Below are positions 1 to 11,207 of a stretch of DNA of 64,000 bases, piece after piece (within the stretch, counting starts at the first letter, position 1; the number at the start of each line of letters is the position of its first letter). A program made the translations under genes and the position numbers. The stretch comes from Laetmonice hystrix (taxonomy: Eukaryota): contig OZ249436.1 of NCBI GenBank assembly GCA_965235115.1, positions 1,056,001-1,120,000 on the forward strand. Reading direction: 5' to 3'. The notes beneath the pieces are model-generated. The model was not told where the DNA came from. It saw only the letters and a program-made list of their open reading frames with translations, and did no database searches.

Positions 1-545
1 ACTTCATTCTACTTAGTAACTCCCTCCGTAAGAGGTCGCCACCGTGGTCATAGTGAGCCAAATTCCGCGACCACCGTTTTAGTTTATGCCCCTTCCGATA
101 GAGGGCGCCAAAGTACCTGACCATGCCGTGCTCGATCAACTCAGCGCATTACACCCGCCTGAAAGCTCAGCTCTGTCTTCCCACGAATGTGTTATATTTC
201 ATTCATTGTCTTAACCTGGCTTTTCATTAGGATTATAATATGATATAGATTCAATATCGTATGGATACTGTTGAATTTGTTTAAGATTTTTCAAAAAGAA
301 TTTTCAACCTGCCGTCCATTCTGTTCAAGAATAGAAAAGGGGACGGGCCCTAGAGTGATCAAGCATGTGAGGGGGGCGGGCCCTAGAGTGGTCATACTTT
401 GTATTCTATTGTTATTGACAAAACCTAGCAATTCAAGGTACACTTTTCTGGGGGGAGTCACTGAGTTGAAGTTTTTTTTTTGTCCAATATAAACAATATT
501 CTTGTGTTTCTAGGGAAAGATTCGCTATTTACTAAAACATGTTCT

Positions 546-690
546 AATCACCCCTGACCCCTAGAATGTAATCACCCCTGACCCCTAGAATGTAATCACC
601 CCTGACCCCTAGAATGTAATCACCCCTGACCCCTAGAATGTAATCACCCCTGACCCCTAGAATGTAATCACTCCTGACCCCTAGAATGTA
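546..690. repeat. 24-bp minisatellite, ~6 copies
   Basis: Unit taatcacccctgacccctagaatg. Confidence 0.95.
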
Positions 691-1500
691 CACAATTTTA
701 ACCGTGAAAACAAGAATGCTCGTTTGTTGAACAACATCACACAATGGTAATTCCTGTGGCGTCTGGTCTGAGATAAATTTGTAAACATGTAGGTAGCTAT
801 ATCGGAAATAGTTTGATTTTTTCTAACATAAGATGCAATTGGTTCCTTTTAATCAGCCGAACATGACTGAAGAAGATATATTCGACCGACTCGAATATTC
901 GGCCGACTGTGAACAACTGAGTGCGCTGCCCTAGCACTAGATCTACGATCTACGTTGCAGTTTTAAAGAGGGGGGGGGGGGTCGTACTTTTGAAAGGGGA
1001 TTTTACGAATTTAACACCGGCCCGAGGCCACATGCAGCCAAAGGGCCAGGCAGAGGTCATGAAGAGCATATTTTTATTTAAAAAAGGCAGGTTTCCTTCG
1101 TGTCAGCTCCCCCCTCCCCGCTAAATACGGATCTAATATTGGCATTTTTATCGAACAAGTCGCGAAACTACACACCACACATTACATAACTGGTCAAAAT
1201 GTGTCCTTGAACGGGCGAGCGTCTCGACACGGGATGTCACGAAAATAGAACCAAGATCGAGGCGTTTGAACTTTGACATGGACTGGTTCGTCTGGACGCA
1301 TTCTGTCACGTGGCACGCAACTATATAAAGATTGCCATTTCGAGAATACGGTCAGTCAGCAAGTTGAAAAGGCCCCGCGAACATTGAAAGATCACGTTGT
1401 CAGGAATGAGAGGTAAGATTGTTTCGGAACGTTGCCTTTATAATGTATGGATAGAAACATGCGGGACAAGACACGTGCATGCATGTGCTCTAGTCCCGTC

Positions 1501-1890
1501 TAGGGCATTTGCCCCCCAGACATCCGCCCCAAGACATTTTCCCCCGGATTTTTGACCCCCGGACATTTCCTCCCGTAGGACTTCTGCCCCCTAGGAAATC
1601 TGCCCCCCAGACTTCCACCCACCCCCCACCCCCGGACATTAACCCCCGTAGGACTTCTGCTCCCCTAGGACACCTAACCCTATAACCCTAACACTAACAC
1701 TAGGGGGCATATGTCCTAGGAGGGGGGGGGGCAAAAGTTCTACGGGGCTAATGTCCGGGGGGGGGCGAATATCTGGGGGGAGGGCAGATGTCCTAGGGGG
1801 CAGAAGTCCGGGGGCTGATGTCCTAGGGGGCAGATGTCCTAGGGGACAGAAGTCCGGGGGCAGATGTCCAGTAGGAAGTGTCCTGATACC
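1501..1890. mobile_element. Non-autonomous element with inverted G/C subrepeats and CCTAA-like core (Helentron/HINE-like)
   Basis: Left arm has ggacatttgccccc-like repeats, right arm has gggggcagatgtcc repeats, and the centre is cctaaccctataaccctaacactaac. Confidence 0.5.
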
Positions 1891-1909
1891 GTATAGAGCC
1901 CAACCCCTG

Positions 1910-2145
1910 GATATGTTCCATAAACATGTATCCCTAGTATGTTAATGTATCTATATTATCCATTATATAAACATGTATCCATAGTATGTTAATGTATCTA
2001 TATTTCCATTATATAAACATGTATCCCAGTATGTTAATGTATCTATATTTCCATTATATAAACATGTATCCTCAGTATGTTAATGTATCTATATTTCCAT
2101 TATATAAACATAGTATGTTAATGTTTCTATATTTCCATTATATAG
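1910..2145. repeat. ~45-bp tandem repeat ending at a splice acceptor
   Basis: Unit atatttccattatataaacatgtatcccagtatgttaatgtatct, about 5 copies. Confidence 0.9.
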
Positions 2146-3319
2146 GTGGCCTTCTCAGTGACTTCTTTCGAGGAGACCATTTCCTAAGATGGTGCTGCCA
2201 TCTTCCGGGGAGACTTCTGCCATTTCCCGCAGTGAACCTCTCAAGTAGGAATGAGTCTACTTTGATACCGTACGTCTTCATGGATTACTTACTGGAGGGA
2301 GGTACATTTTCATGGATTACTTACTGGAAGGAGTGTTATGTCCTGATGGATTTAAATCCTGATGAGCCTAATAGGATTATATGCATGAGCCGATATGCCT
2401 GATGAACTGATATGCCTGATGAACTGATCAGCCTGAGAACTGATATGCCGGGTGGCATGAATTACCAGGCTTCAATCAACCAGGCCAAGACTACGTGAGG
2501 CGGCACCAGGACACTAGATCAGTGAGTACAACTTTCCTCTACACGCGCATTCTGCCGAATTTATCAATTGTATTTAATTTTTTCGAGAGTAAGATAAAGG
2601 TAACATTCTCCCTTCATGACTCTCCGTACAATTTTAAATAGTACTTTCAAATCAACTTTTGAATCGCAGACTCTATAACCATAATTCTATTCAGACCTTT
2701 CCGTATTCAAGGGATGTCAATAACTCGTATAACTCGTATTTTTTAAAACAATGACCTTTTCGGGGTTTCTCAGATTTGGAATGTTTGGGAGGATTACCCT
2801 CAACTGATTCATTATGTCTGCATGTGGTAGGTGTTATATAAGTACATGTATTCTTTTCTTTGCAGTATATGTGCCATCGCCGACAGGTAGGGAAGATTTC
2901 TAGTACTAGCCAGAGATAAACCTGGAGACGTCCAGCTATATCTCACGTTAAGGTCGCAGAGCCAAGGACCACATGTTCTGAACTCTGGTATTTAACTACC
3001 AAATTCAATGGTATACAACAGGGCAAAATGTTCGCCCCAGTGGATAACATTGAATTTGTAAATAAATGAAGGACCAAATGATTTCGATAAACCGAACGCA
3101 AGTTATAGAACTTGCATTAGCTGATCAATACATGGTAGGTAGGGATAGATGGGATAACTGTACATGTCAACGTTTGACAATACAAACTCCAAGCATAGGT
3201 AGTGATAGAGGTGTGGACATTTTACCCACAGATTTCTATAGTATGGATATTCGCTGGATATGGACCATATCACCAATTGATCGCCGTATATTCGATATTT
3301 AAAACAAGTACACTTATTG

Positions 3320-3975
3320 GTTGGCGAGACCGCCAGGAAGTCGAACGTTCAACAATCAAATATCATCGCGATTTCGAACATCATCGCCATTTCTGGCATA
3401 CAGTGAGGCTTGTCACCGCCTCAGATTATTTATCAACACATTATATATCACACATTATACATTGAATTATCCAAACATTATATATCACACATTATACATT
3501 GAATTATCCACACATTATATATCACACATTATACATTGAATTATCCACACATTATATATCACACATTATACATTGAATTATCCACATCATTGCACTCGTA
3601 CCTTTCCTATACATGAATGTTGAATGAACGAATGTTGAATGTTGGCGAGACCACCAGGAAGTCGAACATTCAACAATCGAATATCATCGCGATTTCGAAC
3701 ATCATCGCCATTTCTGGCATACAGTGAGGCTTGTCACCGCCTCAGATTATTTATCAACACATTTATATTATACATTGAATTATCCACACATTATATATCA
3801 CACATTATACATTGAATTATCCACACATTATATATCACACATTATACATTGAATTATCCACACATTATATATCACACATTATACATTGAATTATCCACAC
3901 ATTATATATCACACATTATACATTGAAATATCCACATCATTACACTCGTACCTTTCCTATACATGAATGTCGAAC
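3320..3975. repeat. ~320-bp direct duplication containing 37-bp subrepeats
   Basis: ttggcgagacc..gaagtcgaac at 3321 and 3642. Subunit cacacattatacattgaattatccacacattatatat. Confidence 0.9.
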
Positions 3976-4209
3976 GAACAGCCACCTTACTTCAGGAGTG
4001 AGCTCTCAGGATTGAGTCCCTCATAACTTTGGTTTGCAATGGGATTTCTACGCGTTTCTTGAACCAAAAGAGCACACAAGTATGGTGTATCCCTCACTTT
4101 TGTTTCCACCTCCAGGTAATTCAGTTGACATCAAGTTGACATTATACAACCCGCCTGCACATGTAAGTCGTGTGAAGTACGACTTCATCGCGATATTTTT
4201 ATGAATTGT

Positions 4210-4358
4210 TCTTTTTCACGTGTTTTTTTCAAGCTTGCTTTTTTCGCGTGTTTTTTCAAGCTTGCTTTTTTCGCGTGTTTTTTCAAGCTTGCTTTTTCCC
4301 GCGTGTTTTTTTCAAGCTTGCTTTTTCCGCGTGTTTTTTTCCAAGCTTGTTTTTTTGA
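4210..4358. repeat. ~27-bp tandem repeat
   Basis: Unit cgtgttttttcaagcttgctttttcg. Confidence 0.85.
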
Positions 4359-5928
4359 ACCATTATGAAAAATTCCCTTTGACTTTTCGTACGCGGACGT
4401 GCGTCGCGGATCTCTCACGAGTTTTCCTGTGCAATCTTTGTCAGGGTATTTTCTTGTACCGTGACATTAGATTGTGACAGATAACGTAAGACAGTTGTAC
4501 CCACATACAGGTGAATTTTACCCACATACAGGGGATTTTTTACCCACATACAGGTAATTCAGCGAGGAGCAAGATTCAGTCTTAGGTTTGCATTTTGACA
4601 GGCCCCCGTCTGTATGTAATGGAAACCAGGACATTCTCGCGATATTTTTATGACGCGCTATTTTCATTCACTCGCGTGTCTTTTTTCATCTCGATTCCGA
4701 AGATTCACCTTGATATTTTCGGACGTGCATTTTTTGCAACGTGTCTCTCGCGGATTCTGTTGTCGACACCGTCCTGGTCCCGTCGTACTGATGAAACCCT
4801 AGGAATTCCTATTGATGGTAGGTATTGATCTTTACGTTTAAGTTGTCATGTCTCGTCCATGTCTTTGTCTTTGTCCTGTTTTATTATTCCAAATTAAGAC
4901 TCGATGTTAAACTCGGAATTTGGCACTTTGGTTGGCATTTATTTTTAATATTTTTACTTGCTAAATTACTGAGCCACGGATCCAGGTATATTTCGATATA
5001 AAGTTCACCTGTCTTTTGGCTCAGTATAAAAGTGTCCTTAAATTTTGATCCTTCGCACTTTCTTTTGATTAAGGTAAGTTATCTACTGGGAGTGTGAACG
5101 ATCTTAATTTATGGACATTGTTTTAGGAGTATTCCAAAGGCGGTGGTGATGAAATCAATGAACCATCGGGAACTGTGAAAGACTACAACGTGATGTTGCA
5201 GATCGAATCTGTGAAACGATGGTCGTAGTCGTCATTGAATCACCACCGTATAATATCTGAAAGATCTCATAACAAAGAATCGCTCATAATCTGAATTTGT
5301 TAAACATTGAAAGTTTTTTCTTCTTTCTCTTGCTGCCGCACGGTGCTGTTCCTGCTGGTAGGCCTACTCATGATATGAAATCTTTGAACAGACAAAAATC
5401 TGTTCTTAATATTTGCGTACATAACTTCAGGGCCGTAGCCTGCCCCAAAATGTCAGGGGGGCAGTGTCCTATGAACATTAACCAGATAGGCCTAACGCGT
5501 GATAGCGCGTCATTGCGCCGGTCGAGCTGGGTTACAAAAAAATGAAATCCCAGGGGGGCAGTTGTTCCCCTTGCCCCCCCCCCTAGGCTACTGCCCGCAG
5601 GCTACGGCCACATGTGATAGCTCGACACCAGGAAATTGTACATTGGTGTTCACAGAATGTAGGAACTTTTCTTTCAATTTCTTTTGGGTATGTACCCGAC
5701 CCTTCAGCATGGCGTTGCAGCTCTGGTGGTTGCAGGTATTTCACTGCGCCAATACGTTCCTAAAAGCAAGCGTCACACCTGATGGCTAACTTACAGATCC
5801 AGAGGCCTGCTCGATGTTTCATGCAGGCAAAGGCTACTGACATTTCTTCACACGTCAGTGAGTCGCAAAACAACAGACCCAAACAATAGAGCGTCTAATA
5901 ATAGTCTGTCCCTGCGACTGGCGTTCTT

Positions 5929-6217
5929 ATTTGCATATCAAATAGGTATCAAGACATGCTCACGTGATTAGAGAGGGCGCTCACGTCGCAATTTTGCTGG
6001 GTAGTTTTCAAAATACACAAATGTATCCGTTTATGTTCACTAAAACAAATTTTACAGACGTAAAATGTCAATCAAAATTTGCTTTTAATCTTTACCTAAG
6101 ACCTGTAGTACTTGAATACTTCTAATTTCGCCGGAACTCTGTTTGTATCCTAGCATAACGTTGAGTGTATGTGCACACCCTTTCTGTGGTCCTCGACCTG
6201 GAGGGGGATATATAAAG
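5929..6217 (+). promoter_or_regulatory. Possible type-3 Pol III (U6-like) upstream promoter: octamer plus TATA
   Basis: ATTTGCAT at 5929-36 and TATATAAAG at 6209-17. Only a weak PSE-like CACACCCTTTC near 6173. Confidence 0.35.
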
Positions 6218-6242
6218 CAATTGGTCCCACTGTAGTAATGTA

Positions 6243-6557
6243 GGGAACAGCGAGACGCCGGTCTCCACGTTCGGTCGTAGTCTGGAAACAGACGCTGTTG
6301 AAAACCTGACAGTACGAAGAGTTCGGCTCGGTTGGTGTGTGTCCACTTGGAGAGGTGAGGCTGTAACTCGGCGATAAGTGTGACACAACTCTTCTAAAGG
6401 GATGTAGCAATACAACCCGTACCCCGTCAGTGGGCTCAATCTGCGGCAAGGTTCCAAATCAGTTGTCTCTCAATGGGTTATCGTGTGTTCGCCAGACGCC
6501 AGATCTTCGAACGGTATAGGAATTGGACCAAGTCTCAAGGATCAGTTCCCCTTTTTT
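6243..6557 (+). ncRNA. Candidate structured non-coding RNA (~315 nt), family unassigned
   Basis: Many nested helices and two GNRA-capped hairpins. The 5' GGGAAC is complementary to 3' GTTCCC, immediately followed by T6 (6552-57). TATATAAAG lies about 32 nt upstream. Confidence 0.55.
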
Positions 6558-7137
6558 AGTACTCTGAATTTTTAGTTATCTCAGCTCGATACAAATGATA
6601 ATAAAAAGTGTCCTGAGACACTCTAGTCCCAGAACTTGATTCTTCCGTGATCATCTGAAGTCAGTCAAATAAACTTTTATTGATGGACTTGGAGGAATAT
6701 GTGCATTCAGAACTAACAACTGAATACCTGTGGTTTTGAACTGTACCTGTGTGTCATGCATTATGGTTTTGAATCTTACATATAGGGGGAGAACTGAATA
6801 AAAGAATACTTTGATTGTTGGCTGTGCATGGGGTTGAAGTGACATGACAAACTTTTGGTCAGTTGGTGACATGACAAACTTTAAGCCTGAGTCGAAAGCC
6901 TGGTTTGGATGACATTCACACCCATTGGCCCTGTGTGACACTAACCTGGCAGGGTGCTTTTTGATGTCCGTGTCAGTTGTTCATGATGTCAATAACGAGT
7001 TTAAAGACTATAGGCCTACTATTTCATAATTGTCAAAGGGGTACTTAGTAAATTCCATGTGAATAAAAATAACCTCCAGAGGTAAAGTCGGCACGGCAGT
7101 AGGCTACCTGCGGAACAGTTGCTATTATATCGGAACA

Positions 7138-7240
7138 CAGGGAACTTGCAATATAACTGGGAACTTGCAATATAATACAGGGAACTTGCAATATAACACA
7201 GGGAACTTGCAATATAACACAGGGAACTTGCAATATAACT
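7138..7240. repeat. ~21-bp tandem repeat
   Basis: gggaacttgcaatataacaca, about 5 copies. Confidence 0.9.
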
Positions 7241-7486
7241 TACATATTTCCATGTAATGTAAGACTGTCATAAAGACACGATACGAAATTCTGTTTTAAT
7301 CATCCTCGGACGACTTCGTTCTGTTTCCACATGGATTACAAAGGATGGTTCATTGGGGACTAATAAGGGAGCTGAGAAGAGTCATAAAAGACAGGAGTCA
7401 AAACAGAATAACAATCATCGATTCTTTTGAGACAGAGTGTGGCCCTGACAAGGGCCATGTCGGTTTGTGTGAGAGAATGGTTCTCT

Positions 7487-7807
7487 TCACTGGTGCTGGT
7501 CGTCATTGCCCTCGCACACCTCCTCCCAGTCGATCTGAAACTCCTCTATGAGGCGGTCCTCCATATCGTCCAGGAGGTCGGCACGGCTGTTGGCATACTC
7601 CCAGAACATGTTCCTCACTCCCTCCAGGGTGACCAGACCGAGGCGGTTGTGGTAGCGGAAGGAGCGGCGGTTCTTGCGGACGGCACGGTCGTGTTTGGTC
7701 TTCATTTCCTTGATACGGTTGTTGAGGAGATTGATTTGCTGACAGGCCACCTTGAACTTGCGGTCCATCTGGCGCATCTCAGAGATGAGTTTATCAACTG
7801 GAGCCAT
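7487..7807 (-). CDS. Uncharacterised single-exon 106-aa helical protein (MAPVDKLISEMRQMDRKF...)
   Basis: ATG at 7807. GC-rich, codon-like composition with charged helical sequence and acidic tail. TATATT about 85 nt upstream on the minus strand. Confidence 0.7.
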   Translation of the reverse strand: MAPVDKLISEMRQMDRKFKVACQQINLLNNRIKEMKTKHDRAVRKNRRSFRYHNRLGLVTLEGVRNMFWEYANSRADLLDDMEDRLIEEFQIDWEEVCEGNDDQHQ

Positions 7808-8202
7808 GACTGTAGTAAAATATTCTGAGTGAATTGTTGCAAGCTGAAGGCTTAACGATGATTGTTTCCAAGTAATGCTGGTGCCCGTAATATATGGTGG
7901 GAAAGAATCAGTGTGGAGGTGAGTGTTGATGGCAAGAAGCGGTCGTGAGGTGCGATAAAGGGTGCTCACTTTGAGCTAGTCGCTCAATTGACACCTGACA
8001 AATGTGTTAGACGCTGTAGCCCTGACAGCATGGCCGCCTATTTTCGAATTTGGCGTGAAGTCATTAGAAGCCGGTAGCAGTTCTCGCCCAATCGGATAAT
8101 TACATCACTGTCTTTTTATCTCATGGCGTTAATTCGTTCAGCCCTACGTCTACTTAGTACTCCCTCCGTAAGAGGTCGCCACCGTGTTCATAGTGAGCCA
8201 AA

Positions 8203-8558
8203 TGGGGTACATTAAACGCAGATGCGCAATGGGGACTTCAAGTCAAATCCGCAAGGCGGCAGCACTGTGCAAGCAGTCCTTGCTGCAGTACGTTAGCATA
8301 AGGTTAGATAGGACGACGAAATGCTAATGTGCTGTAGGATGACCTAACCTTATCATTACTAAATAATATTAACTTATTTGGACTAAAGTGAATGAAAGAA
8401 GTTTAAAAATTGTCATACCTTTTTAAAACAAATGTCGGTAAGGCAACCAGCCACAGATTAGGAGATATCAGCCTATCTAATTCTATGCTAAAATGTCGCT
8501 CCTGAACTGCTTGCACAGTGCTGCCGCCATGCGGAAAAGGCGGCGACCATGTTCCCCA
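8203..8558. mobile_element. MITE with imperfect TIRs
   Basis: tggggtacat / atgttcccca ends, plus subterminal ggcggcagcactgtgcaagcagt / actgcttgcacagtgctgccgcc. Confidence 0.65.
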
Positions 8559-8603
8559 TACCGCGCATTACGCTTGATTTGCTACGTGTCCACATCTAGG
8601 TGG

Positions 8604-10423
8604 TACGGAAGCGTATTGCTGCCACATGAAGAAAAAAAATTATTGTTTGTACGACTTAGTAAGTCGTACGTACGACTTAGTATCTCGTACGTACGACTTA
8701 GTATCTCGTACGTACGACTTAGTAAGTCGTACGTACGACTTAGTATCTCGTACGTACGACTTAGTAAGTCGGACGTACGACTTAGTATCTCGTACGTACG
8801 ACTTACTAAGTCGTACGTACGACTTAGTAAGTCCGAGGGGGCCGACTGTGCTGAGGCGGCCCGAGGCAGAGTAGACTGGGCCCGTTGGTGTGCCCACAAT
8901 GGGCCATATAGTCATAGACCTGGTCTAGGTGTGCAGAGGTTGGTTCAGAGTGAGCCGGGACTAGAGTTATGACTCGGCCTAGACGTCTATCTTTCTTTCT
9001 CTCCTTCTTTTCCTTCTTTCCTTCTTTATAATTCCTTCTTTCCTTTTTTTCCAATCTTCCTTCCTTCCTTCCTTTCCTCCTACCTTCCTTTCTCTTTTTT
9101 TATCTCTCTCTCTCTTTTTCTTTCTCTACAGTCTTTTTTTTCGTTTTTCATTCTTTCCCATTCTTTCATTCATTCTTTGTTTCGTTCATTCATTCTTTCA
9201 TTATTCTTTCTTTCATTCAATCGTTCATTCTTTCTTTTTCCATTCATTCTTTCAGTCGTTCTTTCTTTCATTCATTCAGTCACTGTCGAGTCTCTATTTG
9301 CTATTCTCTCAAGCTTCACCCTCCTCCATCATTCTCCCACTACTACCCGTCCCCTCCCTCCCCCTCCCTCCCTCCCTCCCTCCCTCCCTCCCTCCCTCCC
9401 TCCCTCCCTCCCTCCCTCCCTCCCTCCCTCCCTCCCTCCCTCCCTCCCTCCCTCACTCACTCACTCACTCACTCACTCTGTTCCCTCCATCCCTCACTCA
9501 CTCTACCCCCTCCCTCTCCCCCTCTACCTCCCTCTCTCTCTCTCTCCTCCCCTTTCTCCCTCTACACCCTCCCTCCCTCTCGCTAGACACTCCCTCCCTC
9601 ATCACTGTACCCCCTCCCTCTCTCACCCTACCCGTCCCTCTCTCACTCTACTCTCTCCCCTCTCTCTCCATCTCTATTTCTCTTTCACTCCAATCTCACT
9701 CCCTCGCTCCCATGAGCGTGCCCCTCACCCCCTCTCTGTCTCTATTTCCCTCGCTCTACTCTCTCTCCATCTCTAATTCTCTCCGCTCTCCCCCTCTCTC
9801 TAGTCTCTGTATATTCTTTATAAATATCTTTTGCGCTCCCCCTCTGTCCCCTCCCTTCCTCGCGCCCTCCCTCTCTTGGTGAGGGCTGACAGTATTCTTA
9901 TTTATATTTTGCATATGTTTCAGGTTAATACTGAAACAATTCCCTTCATGGATGAACAGACACTTGCAACGTATCTGCCAGTACTGGGCGGTGCGTAAAC
10001 ATGTCCGCAATGTTCTCAAATTGACAACAATTCCATTGATATGGGCAAGACATTCTAAAATGTCAGCGTGCTATTGAGGACCATTGTAAAATGAAGGCAG
10101 ACTGCCTCATTCGCTGCCATGTTGATGAGCAGTGCGAGTGATGTGCGCATGCGTTCTTAAGTCGTACGTACGAGATACTAAGTCGTACGTACGACTTACT
10201 AAGTCGTACGTACGAGATACTAAGTCGTACGTACGACTTACTAAGTCGTACGTACGAGATACTAAGTCGTACGTACGACTTACTAAGTCGTACGTACGAC
10301 TTACTAAGTCGTACGTACGACTTACTAAGTCGTACGTACGACTTACTAAGTCGTACGTACGACTTACTAAGTCGTACAAACAATAATTTTTTTTTCTTCA
10401 TGTGGCAGCAATACGCTTCCGTA
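8604..10423. mobile_element. Foldback-like non-autonomous DNA element whose long TIRs are made of 21-bp repeats
   Basis: tacggaagcgtattgctgccacatgaag at 8604 is inverted at 10396-10423. Both arms carry (tcgtacgtacgacttagta..)n. TA flanks, and a CT-rich low-complexity interior. Confidence 0.85.
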
Positions 10424-11207
10424 ATACGGGCATCTCCTCCGCAAATTTCATCAAGATATCTCAAAAACTGACCAAGTTATTCTTATTTGCTTACAACTAC
10501 CTAAAATTAATGAGACACAACCATGCAAGATGCTTAAAAAAAAGCAGAAGAAAAAAAGTTTCCCATTCCACATGAAAGAGAAGAGGGGCGATCTATCGGA
10601 TTATTGTATTAAACTGGAAACCCGATATTTCAGAATCCCAATGTAGGCCTATGTTATCAGAAAGAAAAAAAAAGAAGATGATTCATAGGCCGAGGCCTAG
10701 ACTCTATACCTGATGGAGCTCTCGTAAACTTTTCTAATTCTGTATATAGGCCACCCTGAAGATGCCTTAAGATAATACCACGTTGTGGGTAGGGGCAATA
10801 CTTTGCCCCCTATCTCCAAGATTTAAAGAAATATTTTTATGATATTCTGCCATTTATGCCATATGATGGGGAAGCGGCTTTCAAAGGGGCAATGTTGTAG
10901 CTTCTACCGTTTTCTGTTGAGGGCCACCCGAAATAACCCCTTGAAAATCCTTGGAAAATGGCCTCCAGAGACCTCCAAATAAATTTTTGGCATTTACTCG
11001 GAAAGAACCGAATGGATTTGGCTGCTAGCGTACATTCTTTCATAAGTTGGTCAAGTGCACATGTCCACCAAATTCCATTGAAATCGGCCGACCCCCGGGT
11101 TATCACCCTCTGCATGGTCTATCCATGCAATGACACTTAAAGATTAAAGTTTCAAATAGTGACTGAAAAGATCCAATCTCACAGTTTCGGTGAACAGCAG
11201 ACAGTTC

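Larger units (their letters stand above)
1322..3066 (+). other. Small spliced Pol II transcription unit (87-aa ORF or lncRNA)
   Basis: TATATAAAG 1322, Inr TCAGTC 1352, ATGAGAG|gtaag 1406-1412, acceptor tatag|2146 in frame to stop 2402, donor gtgagt 2522, acceptor ttgcag|2866, AATAAA 3061. Confidence 0.4.

Noticed and set aside
1673..1700. Telomere-like CCTAA repeats
   Set aside because: Short, degenerate and internal to a dispersed element.
2359..2440. CTGATGA motifs suggesting a hammerhead ribozyme (also near 4788)
   Set aside because: No GAAA after a stem II and no matching stems I/III found.
4780..5280. Scattered splice-like signals suggesting another small gene
   Set aside because: Could not build a consistent reading frame.
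6122..6457. Minus-strand 99-111 aa ORFs over the structured region
   Set aside because: No recognisable protein features; the promoter/terminator layout and base pairing favour a plus-strand RNA.
9177..9882. Pro/Ser/Leu-rich ORFs
   Set aside because: CT-rich low-complexity sequence inside a foldback element.
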